A stretch of 64,000 bases of DNA, from NCBI GenBank assembly GCA_017477125.1, contig JAFUXN010000014.1, positions 1,872-65,871 of the forward strand. Reading direction: 5' to 3'. Source of the stretch: Selenomonadaceae bacterium. GTDB taxonomy: Bacteria; Bacillota; Negativicutes; Selenomonadales; Selenomonadaceae. Under the pieces are notes generated by a model. That model saw only the letters and a list, made by a program, of their open reading frames with translations. It made no database searches and was not told the origin of the DNA. Of the stretch, positions 27,860 through 37,425 are shown piece by piece. The position numbers and the translations under genes were made by a program. Position 1 is the first letter of the stretch. Every line of letters begins with the position of its first letter.

Positions 27860-28957
27860 TCAGAAAACATAAGTCTCGAAGTCATTGGCGAATACGAATT
27901 GGGTACGGCAATCGGCATCGTTCATCAGCACCTGCTCGACCGTCGCATCGAAGGGATCGAGCGAGGGAGGGCTGTGCACCAGCACCGCCGTCTTCGGATT
28001 GATCCGCTTTATAAATTCGACGGTGTCATTGAAATCGTCGTGGAGCGCAAAATCTTCGTCGAGCCGCTCATACCTCGGATCGAACGGAAAGCGCGGGTCC
28101 TTACTCAACACCACGTTGGGATATTTTTTCGGCGCGGCGCCCAACGGATAATTATTTTCTCGTCGAATCCGAATGAATTGATCTTCCAACCGCTCGCTCA
28201 AACGCAACACAAAATCATCGAGGTAGATCGGAACGTTGAGGGCGGAGTTGAGCAAAGCCAACAGTTCAATCCCCTTGCTCAACTGTCGGACGCGGTAGAA
28301 GACCGAACGCCCTTCCTTCAGCAGTCGTTTGATCTTCTGAACGATGAAGGGCAACTTGCCGTGCAATCGACGATAGCTTGAATGCCTGGCGTGGAGCCCG
28401 CACATTATCAACAGATCGATATCGACGTCGGGGAAGTAGCAGCCGCTCGTGAAAGGCGTGTCGGCGATCGAATAGTCGCCGGTGTAGAGAATGCGGCGGT
28501 TGCGAAATTCGAGCAAGGTCATCATCGCGCCGGGGATATGTCCCGCTTGAGCGAAGGTCGCGCGCCATTTGCCGAACGGAATTTGTTGAGCGTAGCTGAC
28601 ACGGGTGACGACGGAGTTGAGCAGCTCGCGCTTGATCGAGTAATCGCCCTGTTGGAAGTTGCTCAACTGATGGTCGATCAGATTGAAAGTCATGTCGGTC
28701 ATGCAGACGGCGGGCGATTGCGATTGCATGAGGAAGTCGGGCAACCAACCCGCGTGATCGAGATGAGCATGCGAGATGAATATCTGAGAGATTTGCGCGA
28801 GGCTCTGAAGGTAAGGCGTCGAGAGGAGCGCGTGGAAGTTTGGCGCGAACGGCACGCCATGTTTGAAACCGATGCCGCAATCGAGCAGAATGTTTGAGTT
28901 GCCGAGCTTGAGGAAGTAGCACGAGGCGCCGATCGATTGTCCTCCGCCGAGCGGCAT
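27860..28957 (-). CDS. MBL-fold metallo-hydrolase, beta-CASP-like nuclease
   Basis: GASCYFL, ISHAHLDHAGWLP, GHIPGAMM, TGDYS, and the C-terminal FALHDDFNDTVEFIKRINPKTAVLVHSPP (beta-CASP motif-C-like). The start is uncertain: ATG 28955-28957 is chosen, a GGAGG lies about 30 nt upstream, and the long ORF to 29131 overlaps the MATE start. Confidence 0.7.
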   Translation of the reverse strand: MPLGGGQSIGASCYFLKLGNSNILLDCGIGFKHGVPFAPNFHALLSTPYLQSLAQISQIFISHAHLDHAGWLPDFLMQSQSPAVCMTDMTFNLIDHQLSNFQQGDYSIKRELLNSVVTRVSYAQQIPFGKWRATFAQAGHIPGAMMTLLEFRNRRILYTGDYSIADTPFTSGCYFPDVDIDLLIMCGLHARHSSYRRLHGKLPFIVQKIKRLLKEGRSVFYRVRQLSKGIELLALLNSALNVPIYLDDFVLRLSERLEDQFIRIRRENNYPLGAAPKKYPNVVLSKDPRFPFDPRYERLDEDFALHDDFNDTVEFIKRINPKTAVLVHSPPSLDPFDATVEQVLMNDADCRTQFVFANDFETYVF

Positions 28958-29098
28958 GAAAATGATTTGATTTGATCTCGTCGCCGGCTCACCTCCTTCT
29001 TGGCAAATGATCTTATAGTTTAATGGCGACGGCGTCAATAATATTTTGGTGTGAAATTTTTTCGATCGGAGTATAATCGCTTTCAGAGGTGAACGACC

Positions 29099-30436
29099 AT
29101 GTTTCGCAGCAGGGAAATTGACATGCTTCACGGCTCGATTTGGGACAAGATCATTTGGTTTGCGATCCCGCTGGCGTTGACGGGCGTGATGAATCAGCTG
29201 TTCAACACCGCCGACGTCGCGGTGCTGGGCAAATTCGTCGGCAAAGAGGCGATGGCGGCAGTCGGCAACAACATCTCATTGATCGGGTTGCTGGTCAATC
29301 TGTTCATGGGATTGTCGCTCGGCGCCAACGTCGTGATCGCTCAACACATCGGCGCTCAACGATCCGCTCAAGCGCACGCCGCCGTTCAAACCGCATTCGT
29401 GCTGGCGCTCGTGACGGGCGTCGGGATTGTGATCGTCGGGGAGGCGGCGACGTCGACGGTGCTCGCTTGGCTCGAGGTTCCGCATGAGGTTGAGAGCATG
29501 GCGGAGACTTATCTGCGAATGTATCTGTTGAGCATGCCGGCGATGAGCGTCTACAACTTCGAAGCGGCGATGTTCAGGAGCAAGGGCGATACCAACACGC
29601 CGTTGATCGCACTCGCGATCGCCAGCGGACTCAACCTCGTGCTCAATCTGATCTTCGTATCGACGTTCGAGGACGGAGTGTTCGGCGTGGGGCTCGCGAC
29701 GGTGATCGCCGACTCGGTCAGCGCGCTGATCCTCATGGTCGAACTGATCCGCGCGGAGGGCGTCGTTCATCTCGACATTCATTCGTTGATGATCGATCGG
29801 GCGGAGCTCAAGGAGATCGTTCGCATCGGCATGCCCGCCGGCATTCAAGGCATGGTCTTCTCGATCTCCAACCTGCTGATCCAAGCGGCGATCAATTCTT
29901 TGGGAGCAGATGCGATGGCGGCGTCGGCAGCGGCGTTCACGATCGAAATCAACGTGTTCTGCATCATCAGCGCCTTCGCTCAAGCGACGACCACCTTCGT
30001 CAGTCAAAACTTCGGCGCGCGAAACTTTGCGCGGTGCCGACGAGTGACTTGGATATCGATCGGGCTCGACGGGATTTTCATGGGCGCGCTGTCGATCTTC
30101 ATCTTGGTGTTCGCCGAAGAGTTGTTGAGGTTCTTCAACGCCGACCCGAATGTCGTGGCGCTCGGCAAGCTCAGATTGTGGTACATCGTCGCGCCCGAGT
30201 CGATCAACATCGTGCTCGAGGGACTGTCGGGAGCGTTGAGAGGCTACGGCATTTCCCTGGCGCCGGCGATCCTCGTCTTGATCGGAGTGTGCGGCGTGCG
30301 GATCACATGGCTGTTTACGATCTTCATGAGCGCGCCGACCTATGAGACGTTGATGACCGCCTACCCCGTCAGCTGGTTCGTGACGACCGCGCTCGTCGCA
30401 TGCGCCTATCGTTTTTACATCGCCCACATCAATTAA
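29099..30436 (+). CDS. MATE-family efflux transporter
   Basis: 445 aa, about 12 TM segments. The N-terminal WDKIIWFAIPLALTGVMNQLFNTADVAVLG is typical of MATE. GAGGTG RBS. Confidence 0.85.
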   Translation: MFRSREIDMLHGSIWDKIIWFAIPLALTGVMNQLFNTADVAVLGKFVGKEAMAAVGNNISLIGLLVNLFMGLSLGANVVIAQHIGAQRSAQAHAAVQTAFVLALVTGVGIVIVGEAATSTVLAWLEVPHEVESMAETYLRMYLLSMPAMSVYNFEAAMFRSKGDTNTPLIALAIASGLNLVLNLIFVSTFEDGVFGVGLATVIADSVSALILMVELIRAEGVVHLDIHSLMIDRAELKEIVRIGMPAGIQGMVFSISNLLIQAAINSLGADAMAASAAAFTIEINVFCIISAFAQATTTFVSQNFGARNFARCRRVTWISIGLDGIFMGALSIFILVFAEELLRFFNADPNVVALGKLRLWYIVAPESINIVLEGLSGALRGYGISLAPAILVLIGVCGVRITWLFTIFMSAPTYETLMTAYPVSWFVTTALVACAYRFYIAHIN

Positions 30437-30440
30437 AAAC

Positions 30441-30469
30441 TTGACAGTGATCGGCGGCGATAATAAAAT
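30441..30469 (+). promoter_or_regulatory. Sigma-A-type promoter for ilvE
   Basis: TTGACA (30441-30446), 17-nt spacer, TAAAAT (30464-30469). Confidence 0.5.
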
Positions 30470-30512
30470 GAAGTTCATGTGATTATAAATTGAACGAACG
30501 GAGATGTTATCG

Positions 30513-31574
30513 ATGGAGATCAGAGTTGAGAAGGCGACGACGTTGAAGGCGAAGCCCGACGTGTCGAAGATCGGATTCGGAACGCATTTCACCGATCACA
30601 TGTTTGTGATGGATTACGAGGAGGGCAAGGGCTGGCATGACCCGCGCATTGTCCCGTACCAAGACATCATGGTGAGCCCGGCGAACACGACGTTGCATTA
30701 CGGTCAAGCGATCTTCGACGGGCTGAAGGCGTATCGTCGAGGCGATTGGGTGTCGATCTTCCGCGCGAAGGATCATCTCAATCGGATCAACGTGTCGGCA
30801 AAAATTCTCGACATCCCCGAAGTCCCGTTCGACGTGATGCTTACCGGTCTCAAGCAATTGATCTCGCTCGAAAAGGATTGGATCCCGCAGGGCGAGGGGC
30901 AGAGCCTTTACATTCGTCCGTTCATCTTCGCCGACGATCCTTATCTCGGCGTGCGGGTAAGCAAGACTTACAAATTCATGATCATCTTATCGCCGGTGGC
31001 GGCGTACTACGCGCATGGCTTCGCGCCCGTCAAGATCATGGTCGAAGACAAATACGTGCGCGCAGTGCGCGGCGGGCTCGGGGCGGCGAAGACTCCCGCG
31101 AACTATGCGGCATCGTTGCACGCGGGCTTGATCGCTCACGATAAGGGATATGATCAAGTGCTCTGGCTCGACGGCGTTGAGCGCAAGTACATTGAAGAAG
31201 TCGGATCGATGAACATCTTGTTCAAGATCAACGGCGAGGTCGTGACGCCGAAACCCGACGGCTCGATCCTCGACGGGATCACTCATCGAACGGTCATGAC
31301 GATCGCAAAGGATTGGGGCATTCCCGCGGTCGAGCGCAAGATTTCGATCGACGAAGTGATCGCCGCTCACGAGAACGGGACGTTGGAAGAAGTGTTCGGC
31401 TCGGGGACGGCAGCGGTGATCTCGCCCGTGGGCGTGCTCGAGTACAAGGGCAAGGAGTATGTGATCAACAACGGCGGCATCGGCGAGTTCTCTCAAAAGA
31501 TGTTCGATTACATTGATCAACTGCACATCGGAGCGATCGAAGATAAGTTCGGCTTCAACGAGATCGTGGAATAA
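30513..31574 (+). CDS. ilvE: Branched-chain amino acid aminotransferase
   Basis: GFGTHFTDHM, LHYGQAIFDGLKAY, YIRPF, AKTPANYAAS and GSGTAAV motifs. Confidence 0.9.
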   Translation: MEIRVEKATTLKAKPDVSKIGFGTHFTDHMFVMDYEEGKGWHDPRIVPYQDIMVSPANTTLHYGQAIFDGLKAYRRGDWVSIFRAKDHLNRINVSAKILDIPEVPFDVMLTGLKQLISLEKDWIPQGEGQSLYIRPFIFADDPYLGVRVSKTYKFMIILSPVAAYYAHGFAPVKIMVEDKYVRAVRGGLGAAKTPANYAASLHAGLIAHDKGYDQVLWLDGVERKYIEEVGSMNILFKINGEVVTPKPDGSILDGITHRTVMTIAKDWGIPAVERKISIDEVIAAHENGTLEEVFGSGTAAVISPVGVLEYKGKEYVINNGGIGEFSQKMFDYIDQLHIGAIEDKFGFNEIVE

Positions 31575-31631
31575 AATTTCTCCGTCCGATAAAATTTTTT
31601 TAGAGCGCATTGAACTTAAGGTGGGTTGTGA

Positions 31632-32477
31632 ATGCCGTTTGACATAGCCTTTCCAATGCAGTTGCATGGAATCCTATCTACAATCGGACCGTTGGACGTT
31701 GTAGACATACTGATCGTCGCGGCAATCCTCTATAAGATTTACAAAATGCTGCAGGACACTCGCGCCATCACTCTGGTCAAAGGATTGATCGTGCTGTTCA
31801 CCGTGACGGTCATCTGCAGTTGGTTGAATCTCCACGTCATATCATGGCTCCTGCAGAAGTCGGCGGGAGTGCTGGTGGTGGCGTTGCCGATCGTCTTCCA
31901 ACCCGAATTGCGTCGAGCGCTCGAACATTTGGGTCAAGGGAGATTTTTCGGCAAGAACTCATCGCTCGACGAGGCGGAAGCCAAGACCGTGGTCGACGAG
32001 CTGGTCAAGGCGGCGAAGAATTTATCGGCGACCAAGACGGGCGCGTTGCTGGTGATCGAGCGCGAGATGAAATTGAACGACGTGAGTGCGACGGGCATTC
32101 ACATCGACGGACTCATAACGGCGGATTTCCTTATGAACGTTTTCATTCCGAACACGCCGCTGCACGATGGAGCCGCTGTCATTCGTGGCAAGCGGCTCAT
32201 TGCTGCGGGCTGCCTTCTGCCGCTGACGGAGAACCGCGGGCTCTCGACGGAGCTGGGCACGAGGCATCGGGCGGCGATCGGATTATCGGAGCAGTGCGAT
32301 GCATTGATCGTGGTGGTGAGCGAGGAGACAGGGACGATCTCCGTCGCCGAGAACGGTCACATCATGCGACATCTGGACAGCGACACGTTGAGGGCGGTGC
32401 TCAAGCCGGCGTTCTCCAATCAGCAACCGACCATGAGCGAGTTTCTGCTCAAGTGGCGCGCCAAGGACGACGATTGA
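31632..32477 (+). CDS. cdaA: Diadenylate cyclase CdaA (DisA_N domain, 3 TM)
   Basis: TGALLVIER, PLHDGAAVI, LGTRHRAAIG and VVVSEETGTISV motifs after three N-terminal TM helices. Confidence 0.9.
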   Translation: MPFDIAFPMQLHGILSTIGPLDVVDILIVAAILYKIYKMLQDTRAITLVKGLIVLFTVTVICSWLNLHVISWLLQKSAGVLVVALPIVFQPELRRALEHLGQGRFFGKNSSLDEAEAKTVVDELVKAAKNLSATKTGALLVIEREMKLNDVSATGIHIDGLITADFLMNVFIPNTPLHDGAAVIRGKRLIAAGCLLPLTENRGLSTELGTRHRAAIGLSEQCDALIVVVSEETGTISVAENGHIMRHLDSDTLRAVLKPAFSNQQPTMSEFLLKWRAKDDD

Positions 32478-32492
32478 GGAGGAGTGTGATCG

Positions 32493-33488
32493 ATGGCTGA
32501 TAAATTTGCGGTGACGGTGATCGTGCCGATGTACAACGTTGAGAAGTACATCGAGCCGTGTTTGCGGAGCCTGCTCGAGCAGACGGTTCGGGATTTTGAA
32601 GTGATCGTCGTCGATGATTGCTCGACCGATCGATCGCCCTCGATTGTCAATGGATTGAGCGCGGAGTTCAACGGTCGATTGACTTTGCTCAAGATGAAGA
32701 AGAATAACGGAGCGCCGGGGTTGCCGCGCAATCTTGCGTTGAAATCCGCGCGGGGCAAGTACGTTTCATTTCTCGACAGCGACGATCTGTTGATGCCGAC
32801 GGCATTGGAGGAATTGATTTCGATCGCAGAGTCGACCGCTGCCGACGTCCTTCACTCCGAACAATTTTATGCGTTCGACGAGGAGTCTGACGAGTTGCGT
32901 CTCAACAGTTGGGAGGTCGGCAATCATGTCAAGCGCCCGACGCTCGAGACGAATGATATCGGTCGGCGCATCGACGGATTTTGCAATCGGCAGTTCAATT
33001 GGTCGTCGTGCTTGAAATTTTTCCGTCGAGAGTTCCTGATCAAAAATCGGATCGAGTTCCCGAGCCTGCCCTACTCCGAGGACATGCCGTTCAGCTTCAA
33101 ATGTTTGTGTTCGGCGAAGACGTATGTGCGCATCCCGAACATTTTTTATAAGTGCCGCTATCGACAAGGCTCACTTCAACATCGATCGGTGACGCCCGAG
33201 CAGTTGATCAAAACTTATTTGCGAGTGATCGTTGAGGGCGTGCAGGTGCTCGACAAATTCATGGAGGCGCATCCTTTCTTCGCCGACGTCGAAAATCATG
33301 GGTATCGATATCAAGCGATCGGCTACTTCATTCGGGAGCACTGCAGTTATTTCGACGAGGTCTATCAAAAATATCCCGCGCCGTTGATCGACATCTTGAA
33401 TCGGGAGGCGCTTGAACCGATGTTGGGCAAGCAAGCGGCGCTGGTGTCGTACCTGTTCAATGCGGTGAACGTTGGAGGAAAATCATGA
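32493..33488 (+). CDS. Family-2 glycosyltransferase
   Basis: VTVIVPMYNVEKYIEPCLRSLLEQT, VIVVDDCSTD and FLDSDD motifs. Confidence 0.8.
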   Translation: MADKFAVTVIVPMYNVEKYIEPCLRSLLEQTVRDFEVIVVDDCSTDRSPSIVNGLSAEFNGRLTLLKMKKNNGAPGLPRNLALKSARGKYVSFLDSDDLLMPTALEELISIAESTAADVLHSEQFYAFDEESDELRLNSWEVGNHVKRPTLETNDIGRRIDGFCNRQFNWSSCLKFFRREFLIKNRIEFPSLPYSEDMPFSFKCLCSAKTYVRIPNIFYKCRYRQGSLQHRSVTPEQLIKTYLRVIVEGVQVLDKFMEAHPFFADVENHGYRYQAIGYFIREHCSYFDEVYQKYPAPLIDILNREALEPMLGKQAALVSYLFNAVNVGGKS

Positions 33489-34414
33489 TCGCGCGCATCA
33501 ACAATGTCATCAGGCACAACATTCTCGAGAAGATCATCGCCATCATCGCGGCGACGGCGCTGTGGGTGGTGGTGATGGAGGATCAAAATCCCGTCATCGA
33601 AGGCTCCTACTCGGTGCCGCTGTCGTTCGTCAACGTGCCCGAGGGATTTAAAGTTCTGCACGCCAGTCAACCGATCAAAATTCAATTGAGAGGACCGCGG
33701 TCGTACTTCGTCAATTACGAGGACAAAGATTGTCGGGCGTATTCGAATTTGGCGGGGCTCGAGGAGGGCGACCACGAGGTGAAGATCGAAGCGTCGTTCC
33801 CGCCGGGCTTTGAACTGATCGCGGTGACGCCGGATCAAACGCAGATCAAACTTGACGCGTACATCGAGAAGCAGATGCCGGCAGATTTGATCGTGACGGG
33901 CGCGGCGGGCGCGAACGCGACGGTGACGAAGGTATCTCAATCGGCGGACACGGTGACGCTGATCGGGTCGCGAACGGCGGTCGAGTCGGTGACGCGCGTG
34001 ATCGGATATGTGGGGCTGTCGGGCAACAAGGCGGACTTCTCTTTGCAGGTGCCGATGACGCCGGTCAACGACGACGGGCGAGCGGTGCCCGATGTTCGAA
34101 GCGTGCCTTCGCTGATGAATGTGGACGTGTCGATCGAATTGGATTTGATCCGAAAGACGGTGCCGATTGAGGCGGACATCATAGCGGCGGAGGGCTTTGA
34201 GATCGAGCAGGTGACGATCGATCCCGCGCAAGTCGAAGTGGCGGGCAAAGACACGGTGCTCAATCCCGTCGACAACATACAAACGGAATCGATCACGGTG
34301 CCGCTGGGCGACAAGTCGGTGAAGCAGACGGTTGGGCTGCTCGTGCCCGAGGGCGTGACGGCGAACATCAAAGAGGTGACGGTCGAGGTCAAGATGAAGG
34401 AAAAGAAGCAATGA
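33485..34414 (+). CDS. cdaR: YbbR-domain protein CdaR (c-di-AMP cyclase regulator)
   Basis: An N-terminal TM helix, then repeated YbbR-like beta modules (VPLSFVNVPEGF..., VTPDQTQIKLD...). The start overlaps the GT2 stop (ATGA). Confidence 0.75.
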   Translation: MIARINNVIRHNILEKIIAIIAATALWVVVMEDQNPVIEGSYSVPLSFVNVPEGFKVLHASQPIKIQLRGPRSYFVNYEDKDCRAYSNLAGLEEGDHEVKIEASFPPGFELIAVTPDQTQIKLDAYIEKQMPADLIVTGAAGANATVTKVSQSADTVTLIGSRTAVESVTRVIGYVGLSGNKADFSLQVPMTPVNDDGRAVPDVRSVPSLMNVDVSIELDLIRKTVPIEADIIAAEGFEIEQVTIDPAQVEVAGKDTVLNPVDNIQTESITVPLGDKSVKQTVGLLVPEGVTANIKEVTVEVKMKEKKQ

Positions 34415-35988
34415 GGATTAGGATAAACAATTTGGCGGCGGCGCTCGATGACGACTCGACGCTTGAGGAGTTGGCGGCTCGTCAATTAAAAATTCCGCGC
34501 GGAGCGATCCGATCGGTTGAGCTGATCCGAAAGGCGATCGATGCGCGACGTCGTAACGGTTCGCCGATACTGTTCAATTACATTGTCGAGGTCGAGCTTG
34601 CGGACGGCGTTCGATATAACAAGAAGGAGACGGTACCCGTGAAGAAGGGATCGGCTCCGAATTTTATTGCCGCCCGAAAAATTGATCGGCGCCCGCTCGT
34701 GATCGGGTTCGGACCTGCGGGCATGTTCGCGGCGTTGACGTTGGCGCGGGCGGGATTGGATCCGATCATTTTCGAGCGCGGAGCGGACGTTGACACTCGA
34801 GCGCGAGACGTTGAGAAGTTTTTCGGCGGCGGCGAGCTCAACGGTGAATCGAATGTGCAATTCGGCGAGGGCGGAGCAGGGACGTTCAGCGACGGCAAGC
34901 TCACCACTCGCATCGACGATCCGTTGACGCGCGAAGTGATTGCGACATTCATCGAGGCGGGCGCGCCGTCGGAGATTGCATATCTGCAGAAGCCGCACAT
35001 CGGGACGGATCGATTGCGCGGTGTGGTGAAGAATATCAGAAAGAAAATCCTCGCACTCGGCGGCGAGATTTTTTTTAATGCTCGATTGACGGATGTTGAG
35101 ATTGCCGACGGACGATTGAAGGCGGCGATCATCAACGGCGAGCGGCGCGTAGAGGCTGATCGGCTCTTCTTGGCGATCGGTCATTCGGCGCGCGACACTT
35201 ATGAGATGCTCAACGCTCGCGGTGTGATGATGGAGCCGAAAGCGTTTGCGATCGGATTTCGAATCGAGCACCCGCAGGAGTTCATTGATCGAGCGCAATT
35301 CGGTTCGGACTTTGACAATCCCAAGTTGCCGCGCGCGGATTACTTCCTGACGTACAAGGGCGCGGGTCGAGGGGCGTACACGTTTTGCATGTGCCCGGGC
35401 GGGACGGTGATCGCGGCGGCGACGGAACGGGGCGTGGTGACCAACGGGATGAGCGAGTTTGATCGGGCGTCGGGGATCGCAAACAGCGCGGTGCTGGCGA
35501 CGGTGGGGCTCGAGGATTTCAACGGTCGGGACGCATTGAGCGGCATGAGATTTCAACGCGAGTGGGAGGCTCGAGCGTTTGAGTTGGGCGGGAGAAATTA
35601 TCGGGCGCCGGTTCAGACGGTGGGCGATTTCCTCAACGGACGGCGCGGCTCGAAAGAATTTCTGGTTGAGCCGACATATCCGCGCGGATTTTCAACGGTT
35701 GATCTGCATGAGTGCCTGCCGTCGACGGTGAGCCGAACGTTGGAGGAGGCGTTGATGTCGTTCGACGTGAGGATCAAAGGATTTGCGTCGGCGTCGATCC
35801 CGTTGACGGGCGTCGAGACGAGAACATCAGCGCCGTTGAGGATCGTCCGCGATCGATTGAGCTTTGAATCGGTGAACGTGGCGGGCTTATGTCCGATCGG
35901 CGAGGGCGCGGGATATGCCGGCGGGATCATGTCGAGCGCGGTCGACGGCATGCGCGCCGCCCTCTCACTCATCAACGATCACAATTAA
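34411..35988 (+). CDS. FAD-dependent protein (COG2509-type uncharacterised dehydrogenase)
   Basis: VIGFGPAGMFAAL dinucleotide-binding motif, FGEGGAGTFSDGKL and FCMCPGG. The start overlaps the cdaR stop. Confidence 0.75.
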   Translation: MRIRINNLAAALDDDSTLEELAARQLKIPRGAIRSVELIRKAIDARRRNGSPILFNYIVEVELADGVRYNKKETVPVKKGSAPNFIAARKIDRRPLVIGFGPAGMFAALTLARAGLDPIIFERGADVDTRARDVEKFFGGGELNGESNVQFGEGGAGTFSDGKLTTRIDDPLTREVIATFIEAGAPSEIAYLQKPHIGTDRLRGVVKNIRKKILALGGEIFFNARLTDVEIADGRLKAAIINGERRVEADRLFLAIGHSARDTYEMLNARGVMMEPKAFAIGFRIEHPQEFIDRAQFGSDFDNPKLPRADYFLTYKGAGRGAYTFCMCPGGTVIAAATERGVVTNGMSEFDRASGIANSAVLATVGLEDFNGRDALSGMRFQREWEARAFELGGRNYRAPVQTVGDFLNGRRGSKEFLVEPTYPRGFSTVDLHECLPSTVSRTLEEALMSFDVRIKGFASASIPLTGVETRTSAPLRIVRDRLSFESVNVAGLCPIGEGAGYAGGIMSSAVDGMRAALSLINDHN

Positions 35989-36018
35989 AATTTTTATAGA
36001 TCGAAGGGAGACAATTTA

Positions 36019-37362
36019 ATGTCGAGATTGTTTGGAACGGACGGCGTGCGCGGGAAGGCGAACGTCGAGCTGACGCCGGAGCTGGCATATCGATTGGGGC
36101 GTGCGGCGGCGCTCTACTTCAGCCACGACGACAAATCGGCGCCGACGATACTGATCGGGCGCGACACTCGCATCTCGGGCGTGATGTTCGAGGCGGCGCT
36201 GACGTCGGGCATCACTTCAGCCGGCGGTCACGTGGTGTTGACGGGCGTCATTCCCACGCCGGGCGTCGCGTACCTCACTCGTCAAATGCAGGCGCAGGCG
36301 GGCATCGTGATAAGCGCGTCGCACAATCCGTATTACGACAACGGTATAAAATTTTTCGGAGGCGACGGCTACAAGTTGCCCGACGCGGTTGAGGACGAGA
36401 TTGAATCGATAGTGCGCAAGCTCGAAACCGATCCGAACTTTGAACGCGCGACCGACGATCGGATCGGCACGCTCAAATATCGGCATGAACTTCTCTACAA
36501 TTATATCGGTTACGTGATGAGCACGACGGATATTCGGCTCGACGGCATGAAGATCGTGCTCGACTGCGCCAACGGCGCGGCGTACGAGGCGATGCCGACG
36601 ATCCTTGAGCGTCTCGGTGCGGAGCTGATCTTGATCGGTGTTGCGCCCGACGGCGTGAACATCAACGATCATTGCGGCTCGACGCATATTGAGCAACTGC
36701 AAAAGATTGTGGTCGAGGAGGGCGCGGCGATCGGGATTGCTCACGACGGCGATGCGGATCGTTGTCTGTGCGTTGATGCCAACGGCAATATCATCGACGG
36801 CGATCATATTTTGATCATGTGCGCGCTCGAGATGTTGAGGGAGAATCGGTTGCCGAACGCGACGGTGGTGACGACGGTGATGGCTAACATCGGCTTCCGT
36901 CAAGCGATTGAACGATTGGGCGGGCGTTATGAGATCACGAAGGTTGGCGACCGATACGTGCTCGAGAACATGAAGAAGAACGGTTACAAATTGGGCGGCG
37001 AGCAATCGGGGCACATCATCTTCGCGGACTACTCGACGACGGGCGACGGGTTGATCACGGCGCTGCAAGTCCTCTCGACGATGGTACGGAGCGGCAAGAG
37101 CTCGACGGAGCTCAACGCGCTTATGACGACTTACCCGCAGGTGCTGTTGAACGTCAGAGTGAGGAATAAGGACGTGTGCGGCAATGAGCATGTGGTTGAG
37201 GCGATCCGCGCGGGCGAGGAGGAGCTTGGAGTGAACGGGCGGATATTGGTACGGGCGTCGGGGACGGAGCCGCTGATCCGAGTGATGGCGGAAGGTCCCG
37301 AGCGCGAGCAGTTGGAAACGATCTGCCGACGGATCGTCTCTGTGGTTGAGGCGGTGCAGTGA
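36019..37362 (+). CDS. glmM: Phosphoglucosamine mutase
   Basis: MSRLFGTDGVRG, active-site SASHNP, DGDADR and GGEQSGH motifs. Confidence 0.95.
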   Translation: MSRLFGTDGVRGKANVELTPELAYRLGRAAALYFSHDDKSAPTILIGRDTRISGVMFEAALTSGITSAGGHVVLTGVIPTPGVAYLTRQMQAQAGIVISASHNPYYDNGIKFFGGDGYKLPDAVEDEIESIVRKLETDPNFERATDDRIGTLKYRHELLYNYIGYVMSTTDIRLDGMKIVLDCANGAAYEAMPTILERLGAELILIGVAPDGVNINDHCGSTHIEQLQKIVVEEGAAIGIAHDGDADRCLCVDANGNIIDGDHILIMCALEMLRENRLPNATVVTTVMANIGFRQAIERLGGRYEITKVGDRYVLENMKKNGYKLGGEQSGHIIFADYSTTGDGLITALQVLSTMVRSGKSSTELNALMTTYPQVLLNVRVRNKDVCGNEHVVEAIRAGEEELGVNGRILVRASGTEPLIRVMAEGPEREQLETICRRIVSVVEAVQ

Positions 37363-37384
37363 TCGACTCGTCTAACATAAAAAA

Positions 37385-37417
37385 GCCCCCGATCGTGTGT
37401 CGGGGGCAATAATATTT
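37385..37417. terminator. Bidirectional terminator between glmM and the convergent flavin reductase gene
   Basis: GCCCCCGA (37385-37392) pairs with TCGGGGGC (37400-37407). The hairpin is flanked by an A-run upstream and AATAATATTT downstream. Confidence 0.65.
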
Positions 37418-37425
37418 GTTCGCGA

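Noticed and set aside
28958-29131. N-terminal 58 codons of the MBL ORF (GTG start at 29131)
   Set aside because: It would overlap the divergent MATE gene start and has no RBS. MBL proteins normally begin a few residues before the GxSCYxL strand. The true start remains uncertain, because the best GGAGG lies about 30 nt upstream of the chosen ATG.
29276-30592. 438-aa ORF antisense to the MATE transporter
   Set aside because: Same reasoning: it is Arg/Asp/His-rich and low-complexity, and lies opposite a 12-TM transporter frame.
33365-34411. 348-aa ORF antisense to cdaR
   Set aside because: It is Arg/His/Leu-rich and lies opposite a YbbR-domain frame that is translationally coupled to both neighbours.
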